Counted from the first letter of the stretch, positions 1 to 14,444 are shown. The stretch is DNA of 64,000 nt from Eledone cirrhosa (GCA_964016885.1 OZ024757.1:7254001-7318000); one strand, 5' to 3'. The notes: a model not told the origin generated them from the sequence alone. Numbers and translations: made by a program.

Positions 1-3000
1 CACACACATACATACATATATGGCAACATACACAAATATACATATACACACATACATACATACATATATGGCGACATACACAAATATACATATACACACA
101 CACATACATACATATATGGCGACATACACAAATATACACATACACACATACATACATACATATATGGCGACGTACACAAATATACATATACACACATACA
201 TACATACATACATATATGGGGACATACACAAATATACATATACACACATACATACATATATGGCGACATACACAAATATACATATACACACATACATACA
301 TATATGGCGACGTACACAAATATACATATACACACATACATAGATATATGGCGACATACACAAATATACACATACACACATACATACATACATATATGGC
401 GACATACACAAATATAAATACACACACATACATACATATATGGCAACATACACAAATATACATATACACACATACATACATATATGGCGACATACACAAA
501 TATACACATACACACATACATACATACATATATGGCGACATACAGAAATATACATATACACACATACATACATATATGGCGACATACACAAATATACATA
601 TACACACATACATACATATATGGCGACATACACAAATATACATACACACACATACATACATACATATATGGCGACGTACACAAATATACATATACACACA
701 CACATACATACATATATGGCGACGTACACAAATATACATACACACACATACATACATATATGGCGACATACACAAATATACATACACACACATACATACA
801 TACATATATGGCGACGTACACAAATATACATATACACACACACATACATACATATATGGCGACGTACACAAATATACATACACACACATACATACATATA
901 TGGCGACATACACAAATATACATACACACACATACATACATACATATATGGCGACGTACACAAATATACAATACTTATACACACATACATATATGGCGAC
1001 GTACACAAATATACATATACACACATACATACATATATGGCGACGTACACAGATATACATACACACACATACATACATATATGGCGACATACACAGATAT
1101 ACATATACACACATACATATATGGCGACGTACACAAATATACATATACACACATACATACATACATATATGGCGACATACACAAATATACATATACACAC
1201 ATACATACATACATATATGGCGACATACACAAATATACATATACACACATACATATATGGCGACATACACAAATATACATATACACACATACATACATAT
1301 ATGGCGACATACACAGATATACATATACACACATACATATATGGCGACGTACACAAATATACATATACACACATACATACATATATGGCGACATACACAA
1401 ATATACATATACACACATACATACATATATGGTGACATACACAAATATACATATACACATACATACATACATATATGGCGACATACACAAATATACATAT
1501 ACACACATACATACATATATGGCGACATACACAAATATACATATATACACATACATACATATATGGCGACGTACACAAATATACACATACACACATACAT
1601 ACATGCATATATGGCGACGTACACAAATATACATATACACACATACATACATACATGGCGACATACACAAATATACATATACACACATACATATATGGCG
1701 ACATACACAAATATACATATACACACATACATACATACATATATGGCGACATACACAAATATACATATACACACATACATACATACATATATGGCGACAT
1801 ACACAAATATACATATACACACATACATACATACATATATGGTGACATACACAAATATACATATACACACATACATACATACATATATGGTGACATACAC
1901 AAATATACATATACACACATACATACATATATGGCGACATACACAAATATACATACACACACATACATACATGCATATATGGCGACGTACACAAATATAC
2001 ATATACACATACATACATATATGGCAACATACACAAATATACATATACACACATACATATATGGCGACGTACACAAATATACATATACACATACATACAT
2101 ATATGGCAACATACACAAATATACATATACACACATACATACATATATGGCGACGTACACAAACATACATATACACACATACATACATATATGGCGACAT
2201 ACACAAATATACATATACACACATACATACATATATGGCGACATACACAAATATACATATACACACATACATACATACATATATGGTGACGTACACAAAT
2301 ATACATATACACACACACATACATATATGGCGACATACACAAATATACATATACACACATACATACATACATATATGGCGACATACACAAATATACATAT
2401 ACACACATACATACATATATGGCGACATACACAAATATACATACACACACATACATACATGCATATATGGCGACATACACAAATATACATATACACACAT
2501 ACATACATATATGGCGACATACACAAATATACATACACACACATACATACATATATGGCGACATACAAAAATATACATACACACACATACATACATATAT
2601 GGCGACATACACAAATATACATATACACACATACATACATATATGGCAACATACACAAATATACATATACACACACACATACATACATATATGGCGACAT
2701 ACACAAATATACATATACACACATACATAGATATATGGCGACATACACAAATATACATATACACACATACATACATGCATATATGGCGACATACACAAAT
2801 ATACATACACACACATACATACATATATGGCGATGTACACAAATATACATATACACACACACATACATATATGGCGACGTACACAAATATACATATACAC
2901 ACATACATACATACATATATGGCGACATACACAAATATACATATACACACATACATACATACATATATGGTGACATACACAAATATACACATACACACAT

Positions 3001-4626
3001 ACATACATACATATATGGCGACATACACAAATATACATATACACACATACATACATATATGGCGACATACACAAATATACACATACACACATACATACAT
3101 ACATATATGGCGACATACACAAATATACATATACACACATACATACATATATGGCGACATACACAAATATACACATACACACATACATACATACATATAT
3201 GGCGACATACACAAATATACATATACATACACACATACATATATATATGGCGACATACACAAATATACACATACACACATACATACATACATACATATAT
3301 GGCGACATACACAAATATACATATACACACATACATACATATATGGCGACATACACAAATATACATATACACACATACATACATATATGGCGACATACAC
3401 AAATATACATATACACACATACATACATACATACATATATGGTGACGTACACAAATATACATATACACACATACATACATATATGGTGACGTACACAAAT
3501 ATAAATACACACACATACATACATACATATATGGCGACATACACAACTATACATATACACACATACATATATGGCGACATACACAAATATACATATACAC
3601 ACATACATACATATATGGCAACATACACAAATATACATACACACACATACATACATATATGGCAACATACACAAATATACATACACACACATACATACAT
3701 ATATGGCGACATACACAAATATACATATACACACATACATACATATATGGCGACGTACACAAATATACATATACACATACATACATATATGGCGACATAC
3801 ACAAATATACATATACACACATACATAGATATATGGCGACATACACAAATATACATATACACACATACATACATATATGGCGACGTACACAAATATACAA
3901 ATACACACATACATACATATATGGCAACATACACAAATATACATATACACATATACATACATACATATATGGCGACGTACACAAATATACATATACACAT
4001 ATACATACATACATATATGGCGACATACACAAATATACATATACACACATACATACTTACATATATGGCGACATACACAAATATACATACACACACATAC
4101 ATACATACATATATGGCGACATACACAAATATACATATACACACATACATACATATATGGCGACGTACACAAATATACACATACACACATACATACATAC
4201 ATATATGGCGACATACACAAATATACATATACACACATACATACATATATGGCGACATACACAAATATACATATACACACATACATACATACATATATGG
4301 CGACGTACACAAATATACAAATACACACATACATACTTACATATATGGCGACATACACAAATATACATATACACACATACATAGATACATATATGGCGAC
4401 ATACACAAATATACATATACACACATACATACATACATATATGGCGACGTACACAAATATACATATACACACATACATGGCGACGTACACAAATATACAT
4501 ATACACACATACATGGCGACGTACACAAATATACATATACATACATACATATATGGCGACGTACACAAATATACATATACACACACATACATACACATAT
4601 GGCGACGTACACAAATATACATATAC
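1..4626. repeat. Minisatellite, ~40-52 bp unit ATATGGCGAC(A/G)TACACAAATATACATATACACACATACATAC
   Basis: Unit recurs continuously from the window start; length varies by CATA tetramers. Confidence 0.97.
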
Positions 4627-5233
4627 ATGGCGGATGCCAACTCGTTTTCGAGTACGGCCACTACTTTATATCCATGTAGGAGAACCCCTACCGATGCGCT
4701 GAACGAGTGTGACTTTTGAGTCCAGCCAGCGACTTGAAAACTCTGGTACAAACACTACACTTGTGACAATTATTGACACATAGTGCTGGGCCCATGGTAC
4801 CATGTGACGACAAGTGCAGAGAGATCTCCAGATATAAAGCAATGCCTGTGCCGTGAAGCTTTTATAGTGAGCAAAGGCACTGCACAAAGCCAGTCCCACT
4901 CTCTTAACCGAGATGATATTTACCAAAAAGAAGAACAAGTCAACATCATTGGATACCATCAGGGTTGCAGGTGTTATATCAGAGTTTTCCTTCTCCTAGA
5001 ATTCTGCCTTGACAAAGGCTAAGGGGTCATCTCACCCGGTGATTTTGGATGGCCATTGACTCTTAAGAGCTCCTTTGCCCTTTGACAGGTTTTGTTTTTA
5101 GTCCTGCAGGATGTCCAAAGTCACCCTCCTCACCAAGAAAACTTGGTGGGGTTGCCAGTTTAGTCGCCAATGACCCGACCATGAGACAGGTTGTACTGGG
5201 ACACATGTTACCAGTAGCACCAACTGGTGACCT

Positions 5234-5236
<3 letters not shown>
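4627..5236 (-). mobile_element. Short non-autonomous RTE-derived retroelement (RTE 5'UTR head + C-terminal zinc finger and 3' hairpin)
   Basis: 5043-5236 is nearly identical to 22784-22996 in the 5' region of the long RTE. 4768-4688 (-) translates CHKCSVCTRVFKSLAGLKSHTRSAHR*. Terminal hairpin ACTCG-AAAA-CGAGT at 4640-4653. A homologous middle segment occurs at 31540-31810. Confidence 0.7.
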
Positions 5237-5315
<79 letters not shown>

Positions 5316-5671
5316 TATATTTATAAATATATAATCTTATATATTCCATTAAATATTCTACACGTGTATATATATATATTTATATGAATATATATATATA
5401 TATACACTTATGTTTATACGTCTGAAAATGTATATATGTATGTAAATATATTTTTATACATACATGTATACATATAGATGGACAGTTATGCACATAAAAT
5501 ATTTTATTTATTTATATACATACAATGAATTACTAACTTATTAAAAATAACAATGTATGATTAAATTATGTTTGATTTTAATGTCTATGACAGAAAATTA
5601 TTGTAATTGATCTAAATTAATGTTAAAATAAATTTTGAAAAATCTAAATAAACAGTTTATTTGTTAACAGA

Positions 5672-6032
5672 ACCGTCGTGATAATATTGGTTCCTTATAT
5701 AGGCATAAGACCAACAATGTTGGGGGAGGGGAAAGTAGATTAGATCAATACCAGTGCATTACTGGTACTTTATTTTATCGACCCCGTAAAGATAAAAAGC
5801 AAAGTTAACCTCGGAGGGATTTGAACTCAGATCAGACCGTCGTCATAATATTGTTTCTACTTTAGGCACAAGGCCAGCAAATACCCAGTGCATTACTGGT
5901 ACTTTATTTTATCGACCCCGTAAGGATGAAAGCAAAGTCAACCTCGGCGGGATTTGAACTCAGATCGTAAAGGGACGTAACTATGCTGGAAAGCATGGCG
6001 TCCGACCCTCTACCGATACTGCCAATCCACCG
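5672..6032 (-). mobile_element. tRNA-derived SINE (one near-full copy ~5845-6030 plus a partial tandem copy 5672-5833)
   Basis: Minus strand has A box TGGCAGTATCGG, B box GAGTTCAAATCC, then core TTTCATCCTTACGGGGTCGATAAAATAAAGTACCAGT. Same family at 56944-57124. Confidence 0.85.
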
Positions 6033-7539
6033 TCGTCATAATATTACAAATAAAAAGAGAGAGAGTCGGGCTGCTAACTGTAAGGTTCTTGTCTTTAGGT
6101 GGGGTGTTGTGTTGGTTGTTGGGTAGGAGCTGTTGGCCGATAGGTTGAGCATGTAGTGTCACTGAACCACGATCAAGGCTGCGATTGTGATGCTTCTGTG
6201 GTTTCATATTTCAACACAGGCAAGATGATCTATAATATGAACAGCTAAATTGTGGAGAAATTCATTCAATTGCTACAGGTCTGACCCTTAGTCTGAATTA
6301 TATCTACTTATGTAGGTTTAACTTTACCAAAATTACCGAATCACTGCTCGAACTTGGGGCTTCTGAAACTAACTTATTGTGTTAGCAGATGTTGGATGAG
6401 AATCTTCAATAAAAATATGGAGAAGCAAGGCGATAGATCTTTCTTTTTGTTTGTTTTTGAATTAATCTTTACGTGTTTTCTTTTCTTTTTCTTGTAAATA
6501 CAACCGACGTGTTGTAAGAGTGGTTGAGTTACTGCAGTGTTAATGCTTCAGTGTGTGGAAGCCAGGTTAACAGAGCAGAAATCTTGTTGAAAGATGTACT
6601 GGTACCAACCACATAATTATGGAGATAACGTTCAGATGAATAATAAATTGTGGAATGTCCTAGCTTTCGCCCTGGTAAGGCTAGGTAGGCTTTTTGCTGT
6701 GTTACCTTAGGTTTGTAAGGACTATTTAAGTCAATATTTCAGTGATTGATTTCTTGTTTTTGGTGGGTAGTCGCACGTGGTTGTATGCGTTGCTTATGTT
6801 GACTTATGTGGAGCCCTGGAAATCCCGTCCGGCAGGGACGGCTGCATAGACAGAATTTTGAGATGTATCAAAAACAGTGGAGGAGAAATAAATATAATAC
6901 ATTCACGAAACATGTGTTACACGTGATTACGAATAAAATGTCAAAATGAAACTTGGGTCACTCAATCCTGATATATATTTCCTTAGGGAACTAACCCCCG
7001 TTTAGTACCCTATTGTCTTTAAACTGCGGCTTAAAGCAGCCCACCAAACAGTCCCTTTTTAATTCAAGAAGGTATGTGACCTGAAAGAAATTTGGCTGCT
7101 ATTTCCAACAGGTCAAGTAACCACATAGAGGTCTTCACTCCTTCTCTCGAAACAAACATATTTGTTATTGTTGGTGGTTTTAGCCAAACAGTTGTTGTTG
7201 AAATCAGTAATTTTTTACAGGAAAGTTAGAATTAACTAATTAACTTGATACAATTGAGTGAGGGAAGATTTTAGCTGGCCAACATAGAAAACACTTTCTA
7301 AATGAGACAGAACACTTTGTAGAATAATTATTTCAATGATTCTTTTATACATTTTCCTTTCAACTTTCTCTTTCATTTCACTTGTTTTTCCTTCTTTTCT
7401 TTAACCTTCTTATTAGATTATATGTTGTCTTATATTTTCACTTGGACTCTATACTTCTCTGTGTTATATATATAAGGTTCCATGTGAAACACCATAACTA
7501 GAATACAATTGAACAACAAACAAACGATTTGTTTCGATT

Positions 7540-7610
7540 ATAAAGAATTTGTCGTTACAACGAATTATATTTATACCACCTGAATTTCGTTATAACGGAA
7601 TTTCACTGTA
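7540..7610. mobile_element. Single terminus of a Tc1/mariner-pogo-type MITE
   Basis: Reverse complement reads TA-CAGTGAAATTCCGTTATAACGAA. No partner TIR seen. Confidence 0.4.
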
Positions 7611-8009
7611 TATATATTATGTGTGCGTGCGTGTATATATATATATATATATATATATAAATATATATATATAGCAAGAAGGAGACTGATATTCTGCCGG
7701 TTTTCGAGCTTATTCTGAAGTCTGTACAAAAGATTTGCTGTGTTGATTGTTTAACTAAACGTAAGAGTTTAAAGAAGAATCTGTAATGGATAATTTCACT
7801 GCTATTTCTAGCAGGGTACGAGACTACGTAGATATATAATTGATATTTTATTGAGTGATACTTTCTGATTTACCATCAATTAAATACGATCGGAACTGTC
7901 TGAATGTATTAAATTATATCAGGGAATTTTAACTAATGACACCGGTAAGGGAGTTAAATCATTTCCAATGACACCGAGTACTTGCTGTCTTCAATATAAC
8001 TTTAATTAA

Positions 8010-8046
<37 letters not shown>

Positions 8047-8250
8047 CACACACAATATATATATATTAATTAATATAATATATATATATATACACAATTT
8101 TTATTCCCCGACATCAGTCTTACACTGTCATATCTATTCTTACTTTACAATTGTGTCTACTAAGAGTTCCATTACAATCTGTAGTAGTAAAACTACTATT
8201 TCACCAGAACATCTGCTATCAGTCATTTATAGACAATATATATATTTTAG

Positions 8251-8501
8251 ACCACATATCAACCTAATATATATATATATATATTTCCTATCAAATCTGT
8301 AGCTAAAGACATAAAGTCAGCCTCACTACTTCATTCTGACAAGATATCAATTTATGACTAAAGATGAAGAAGATACACCAACGTTAATGTCGTGAAATAA
8401 AGCTGATAACATTGAAACTTCTAATTTGATAACAAAGAGATTATTTCTTTGGTTGTTTAGTAACAACTAACAACACAACACATTGATTATATGTGAAGGA
8501 G
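8251..8501 (+). other. Putative non-coding upstream exon of ZNF-A
   Basis: Strong donor GAG|GTAAGT at 8502 and possible acceptor TTTTAG| at 8250, both conserved in copy B. The link to the ZNF exon is inferred. Confidence 0.45.
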
Positions 8502-8860
8502 GTAAGTTGACAAAGATTTACTTAATGTCTATATTAATGTATGTAAATAATATAATTATGTGAACCCTACAACGACCCAGTAATTATATACAAGTGAAAA
8601 TATATATAACAACATTAGAAAAATATATTTCTTCCTCCACTTTTATATATAGAAAAAACACTTCCAAACTGAAATGTTGATGTGATATTTTTTCAATCAT
8701 CAGATTCCACTGTTACATGTGATATAAAATATATTGTTATCATGACTGTCTTTATTATTTAATATACCTCCGTCTATATTTCAACCACTGGAACAACCTC
8801 AAACAAGAAACAGTTGTCACACCCTCAGTCAACATTTTAATGTAAGATATCGAAATAAAG

Positions 8861-9480
8861 GGCACTGTCGTGGTATTAGCTGTCAGAAAGAAGGTGACGT
8901 CAGTCGTCAACCTTCTCAATCCTTTATTTACATATCACTATTCCGTTTATTTACGTTTATTATTTTATTTATGAGGACCAAATAACCCCGTAATTTTCGA
9001 GAGAAACGATAATATACAATCTTATTTAACATGTGTATTAAAAACTACACTAGCTGTTACAATTGTAATTAACGTGTAAGAACTTAAATGAAAATATAGG
9101 TGGCTCTTAAAAGGGCCGGTGTTGAAACAAGTCATGGTTATCAAATTAGAAAACAAATTAAAGTTCAACACCGGCCCTTTTAAGGGCCACCTATATTTTC
9201 ATTTAAGTTCTTACACGTTAATTACAATTGTAACAGCTAGTGTAGTTTTTAATCCACATGTTAAATAAGATTGTATATTATCGTTTCTCTCGAAAATTAC
9301 GGGGTTATTTGGTCCCCATATTATTTTTTAATAAGTGTATCTCATCGTAAACGTATCTCTTAGAAAATCCTAAACATAAATAAAGGGAATAGTGATACGG
9401 AAATAAAGGATTGAGAAGGTTGACGAATGACGTCACCTTCTTCTACTTTCACTTCTGACAGCTAATACCATGACACAGCC
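8861..9480. mobile_element. Foldback MITE with GGCAC termini and long inverted arms; histone-like stem-loop in each arm
   Basis: Ends are GGCACTGTCGTGGTATTAGCTGTCAGAA and TTCTGACAGCTAATACCATGACACAGCC. Inner arms 8976-9126 and 9163-9314 are almost perfectly inverted. Related copies at 25094 and 63052. Confidence 0.88.
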
Positions 9481-9534
9481 GAAATATATGTTTTGAGTGT
9501 ATATAGATAGATGTATGTTGTGTGTGTATATATA

Positions 9535-10107
9535 CAGTAATCCCCCGCTATATCGCGGTTCACTTTTCGCGGTCCCGTTACATCGAGGATATTTCTTTGG
9601 AACGTATCTAATTTCCTATCGCGGTAATCCTCGCCACATCGCGGATTATTCGTTAGAACATATCTAGTTTCTTATCGCGGTACGTCTGAATAAAAAGTGT
9701 TTAAATTTTAAACTTATTAAATAAGTTTCAATGTTATTAAAGTGTATATCGTAAGGAAGGGACATCTTATGAATAAATGTTTATATTTTTCATTCCATTA
9801 TTGTTTTACTGATTGTGTTTTGCTCTAATCTACTACAAACCCTTCATAGATTGACGGGAGATGTGCAGTGTATTACCAAGTGGCTACCGTGGCTGGCAAT
9901 AGTCCTCATTAGTAACTAGTGGTATGATGGTTGGTGGTAGTTTCTATACGATCGTTACTGGTTGTTTTTGGTGTTTAAATACAAAAGTGTGTTTAAATGA
10001 GTTTATATGTACTTAAAGCTTGTATGAGAGGTATTTTAAGGCTTAAACTATGGAAACAACGGTTGTCTTTATGGTCTCTCTATATCACGGTTGGTTCTGG
10101 AACGTAT
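9535..10107. mobile_element. pogo/Tigger-like non-autonomous DNA transposon, right end lost at the SINE
   Basis: Terminus TA-CAGTAATCCCCCGCTATATCGCGGTTC with repeated TATCGCGG motifs. Subterminal TATATCACGGTTGGTTCTGGAACGTA just before the SINE. Confidence 0.65.
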
Positions 10108-10108
10108 T

Positions 10109-10295
10109 ATGGCTTAGTGGTTAAAGCATTGGGCTTACAATTAAAAGGTTGTGAGTTCGTTTCTCAGGCTGGGTGATGTGTTGTTTCCTTGAGCAAGACA
10201 CTTTATTTTACATTGCTCCAGTTTACTCAGCTGTAGAAATGAGTTGTGATGTTACTGGTGCCAAACTGTATCGGCCATAACATTTCTCTTGGACA
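10109..10295 (+). mobile_element. tRNA-derived SINE
   Basis: A box TGGCTTAGTGG, B box GAGTTCGTTTC, core GTTTCCTTGAGCAAGACACTTTATTT. Paralog at 26295; same head at 47330-47470 and 52230-52370 (-). Confidence 0.85.
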
Positions 10296-11220
10296 TATAT
10301 ATAGTGTATATATACTGTATAATATATATAGTGTATATATACTGTATAATATATATAGTGTATATACACTGTATAATATATATAGTGTATATATACTGTA
10401 TAATATATATAGTGTATATACACTGTATAATATATATAGTGTATATATACTGTATAATATATATATAGTGTACATATACTGTATAATATATATAGTGGAT
10501 ATATACTGTATAATATATATAGTGTATATATACTGTATAATATATATATAGTGTATATATACTGTATAATATATATAGTGTATATATTCTGTATAATATA
10601 TATAGTGTATATATTCTGTATAATATATATAGTGTATATATACTGTATAATATATATAGTGTATATATACTGTATAATATATATTGTATATATATATGTT
10701 GTGATGTTACCAGTCCCAAGCTGTATCGGCCATAGCCTTTCTCTTGGACATATATATAGTGTATAGATACTGTACACAGTGTATATATAATATATACATA
10801 GTGTATATATATAGTATATATATACGTTGTGACGTCACTGGTGCCAAGCTGTATTGGCCATTGCCTTTCTCTTGGACATATATATAGTGTATATATACTG
10901 TATAATATATATAGTGTATATACACTGTATAATATATATAGTGTATATACTCTGTATAATATATATAGTGTATATATATACTGTATAATATATATAGTGT
11001 ATATATACTGTATAATATATATAGTGTATATATACTGTATAATATATATAGTGTATATATATTGTATAATATATATATAGTGTATATATACTGTATAATA
11101 TATATAGTGTATATATACTGTATAATATATATAGTGTATATATACTGTATAATATATATAGTGTATATATACTGTATAATATATATAGTGTATATATACT
11201 GTACACAGTGTATATATGTA
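10296..11220. repeat. ~27-bp TA-rich minisatellite (TAGTGTATATATACTGTATAATATATA) with interspersed SINE-tail modules
   Basis: Direct tandem units. The GTTGTGATGTCACTGGTGCCAAGCTGTATC-type module recurs at 10698 and 10826. Confidence 0.93.
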
Positions 11221-11221
11221 T

Positions 11222-13060
11222 ATCATCATCACTGTTTTACGTCCCTTCTTCCACGGTAGTATGGGTTAGACAGGTTGTCCTGTTTTGGGCAGTGCCAGGT
11301 AGGGTGACCTTGTCTTGCTCAGATGGGATTCGATTTTGGCTTGATTTCTACAGCTGGATGCCCTTCCTAACACCAACCTCACAGTGACTGATGGGTGCTA
11401 TTTTGTTGTGACACCTCCATGGCCACTTTACAGTGGGAGAGGGTGGGGGCATATTGTCTATATGCTTCAGCTTCGGCTTGTACCCGTGAGAAGTCTGGTC
11501 TTCTATATTACTGTGTGAAGCCAGAGGTCACGGTCCGGTGTCATCGCCTTCGGGTGGTGCAATTGGGTAAGGTCAGCTTTCATCACCTCATCCCAGGTCT
11601 TCTTGGGTCCCTCCACTCCATGGCTTCCATCGACTTCTAGTGCTCTGCATCTGTTTATGTAGCTTTCATCCTTCATACACATCACATGTCTATACCAACA
11701 CAACCTTCTCCCCTTCACACAGCATTTGATTCCTCTTATGCTCAGTCTCTCTCTCAATTTGTTAATGCTTTGCCGTTCATGTATATTACTATTACACATC
11801 CATCGGAGCATGCAAGCTTCATTTCTTTCTACGCAAGTCTTCTACAGACAGCGCCCAGGTCTCACTACCATGTAACATTGCTGTTCGTATGCACTCATCA
11901 TACTGTCTGTCTTTCATTTTGAGGGAAAAGCCTTTTGCAGCTAGCAGTGGCAGTAGCTCCCTGAACTTCTTCAATCCTGTTGTTACCCTGGTTACTGTAC
12001 TTTTAGAACACGCACCTCCTGCTTATTCGGTCATCTAGGTAGCAAAAGCTGTCTATTGTTTCTACAGAGCTCTCCCAGAGTTTGGTGGTGCTTGTTTCTT
12101 TAGTTCTGCCATAGATTCAGCTATAAGTGTAAGATCATCCGCATATAGGAGTTCCTATGGGCATCCGGTCTTAAACTCTTCTGTTATAGCCTGCAATGCT
12201 ATAATAAACAGGAGAGGGCTAAGAACAGAGCCCTGGTGGACACCGACCTGTATGCTAAATTCCCTGCTATAGTCATTGTTAACTCTTTGCTGACTGCTCC
12301 CCTATACATGGCTTGTACAGCTTTCACAAGCCACTAATCTACTCCTAGTTTTCTAAAAGCCCACCAGATTATAGCACGGAGCACTCTGTTGAAGACTTTT
12401 TCCAGATCGACAAAAGCCAGGTAGAGCGGCTTGCTTTTAGCTAGGTACTTTACCTGTAACTGCCTCAGAAGGAAGAGGGCATCAGTGGTCCTTTTTCCTG
12501 GCACAAGCCCAAACTGCATCTCACCTAGTTTTACCCAGTCCCTGATCAACTGTGCTATGACTCTTTCCATTACTTTCATAACCTGGTCCATCAGCTTTAT
12601 ACCTCTATAGTTTATTCTATCTAGTGCATCTCCTTTACCCTTGTAGCAGTTGACAATGATGCTGCTGCACCTATCCTTTGGTATGACACCCTCTAGTATT
12701 ACCTGGTTAACAATACGTGTGGTTATTACCTTATCTACCCATTTGTCAGTTAATAGTATACCTACACCACCCATCCCATTGTCATTTCCCACCCAGAAAA
12801 ATTTATAGCACTGACTTTTGCCTACAAGGACTCTAGCGGACTCTCCTCTCCATCTAGTCTCTTGCACACAGCATACGTCAATATCCTTTCACTCTAGCAT
12901 GTCTATAATTTCTCCTTCCCTTCCTTCCATTGTGCTTATGTTGATGCTGCCAACTCAGAGTTTGGGACATTTGCCATCATTTGTGGGAGAGGGTGAATTT
13001 TTGCAGGGGAATGTGTATGCTTCCTGTTTCTGAATTAAAGCTTTGCATGGGAGCTTGGTA
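11222..13060 (-). mobile_element. Degenerate, internally deleted RTE-clade LINE
   Basis: APE fragment (VQETRW, GVGILL) joined to RT (NYRGIKLM, QFGLVPG, AFVDLEK, YADD at ~12135-12146), then RRLCWYRHV and a GATGATGAT tail. Several stops and frameshifts. Confidence 0.9.
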
Positions 13061-13151
13061 ACTCGCGGATTCATATTCATTTATTTATTCGGTGTTGTTC
13101 CATTTATCCTTCGCTCCTCCATACATAACAGTAATCAAGTATACTTTGGTG

Positions 13152-13791
13152 CAGGGCTAGAAGGACAGTAGTAATAATGTCAGTGTTTGTTGGGGCTGGT
13201 AAGGGCTAGAAGGACAGTAGTAGTAATGGCAGAGTTTGTTGGGGCTGGTAAGGTTTAGAAGGACAGTAGTAGTAATGGCAGAGTTTTGGGGGGGCTAGTA
13301 AGGGCTAGAAGGACAGTAGTAGGAATGGCAGAGTTTGTTGGGGCTGGTAAGGGCTAGAAGAACAGTAGTAGTAATGGCAGAGTTTTTTGGGGCTAGTAAG
13401 GGCTAGAAGGACAGTAGTAGGAATGGCAGAGTTTGTTGGGGCTGGTAAGGGCTAGAAGGACAGTAGTAGTAATGGCAGAGTTTTTTGGGGCTAGTAAGGG
13501 CTAGAAGGACAGTAGTAGGAATGGCAGAGTTTGTTGGGGCTGGTAAGGGCTAGAAGGACAGTAGTAGTAATGGCAGAGTTTGTTGGGGCTGGTAAGGTCT
13601 AGAAGGACAGTAGTAGTAATGGCAGAGTTTGCTGGGGCTGGTAAGGGCTAGAAGGACAGTAGTAGTAATGGCAGAGTTTGTTGGGGCTGGTAAGGGCTAG
13701 AAGGACAGTAGTAGTTATGGCAGAGTTTGTTGGGGCTGGTAAGGGCTAGAAGGACAGTAGTACTAATGGCAGAGTTTGTTGGGGCTGGTAA
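13152..13791. repeat. 49-bp minisatellite AAGGGCTAGAAGGACAGTAGTAGTAATGGCAGAGTTTGTTGGGGCTGGT, ~13 copies
   Basis: Direct tandem copies with few substitutions. Confidence 0.96.
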
Positions 13792-14221
13792 TGTGTAAGG
13801 ACATGTTGCTGAGGTTTGATTGGTCACATAGCCTATGCTGGTGAGTGGGAAATTGTGAGATAGGTAGCCATCATGACATATATCATCACAGGAGATTTGG
13901 GGGAAATAAGCAGATATAAGTAGACATATTATACAAGGCAAGTATGCAAGAACTTCGAAGATGGACACTTAGCTTTGGAAACACCGAAATGAATGAGTGG
14001 GAGAAAGGGGAAGTAATGGCGGGGGTTCGGGATGAGTTTGTAGAGAAAGACACAATGTCCAACATGGTTTATATCAAAAACAAGGTCGAAGTATATACGT
14101 TGTGGAAACAAGTGAATGATAATAATAATAATGTAAACAGAACATTTTGAAAGTGGGGAAGAGAGATAGCTGTAGAATAGAAATAATCTATGGAAGTCTG
14201 GGATATAAGTATACATAAATA

Positions 14222-14404
14222 TATGTTGTGATGTCACTGGTGCCAAGCTGTGTCAGCCATTGCCTTTCCCTTGGACAACATATATGGTGTGTGTATATAT
14301 ATATATAGTGTATATATATGTTGTGATGTCACTGGTGCCAAGCTGTATCAGCCATTACATTTCCCTTGGACAACATATATAGTGTATGATAGATATTGTA
14401 CACA

Positions 14405-14444
<40 letters not shown>

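Noticed and set aside
20-4751. Very long ORFs (up to 1487 aa) rich in H/I/T/Y or C/M/V/Y
   Set aside because: They are translations of a stop-free minisatellite, open in several frames on both strands.
9099-9191. Histone gene next to the histone-like stem-loops
   Set aside because: No histone ORF upstream on either strand; the hairpins flank only a short AT-rich spacer.
8852-9489. 9-bp TSD (GAAATAAAG / GAAATATAT) assigning the MITE to Mutator or Merlin
   Set aside because: The match is imperfect and the copy at 63052 shows no TSD, so the superfamily is left unassigned.
10109-10185. tRNA gene at SINE heads (also 26295, 47400, 52300, 56944)
   Set aside because: A and B boxes are present, but there is no complete cloverleaf and each continues into a SINE body.
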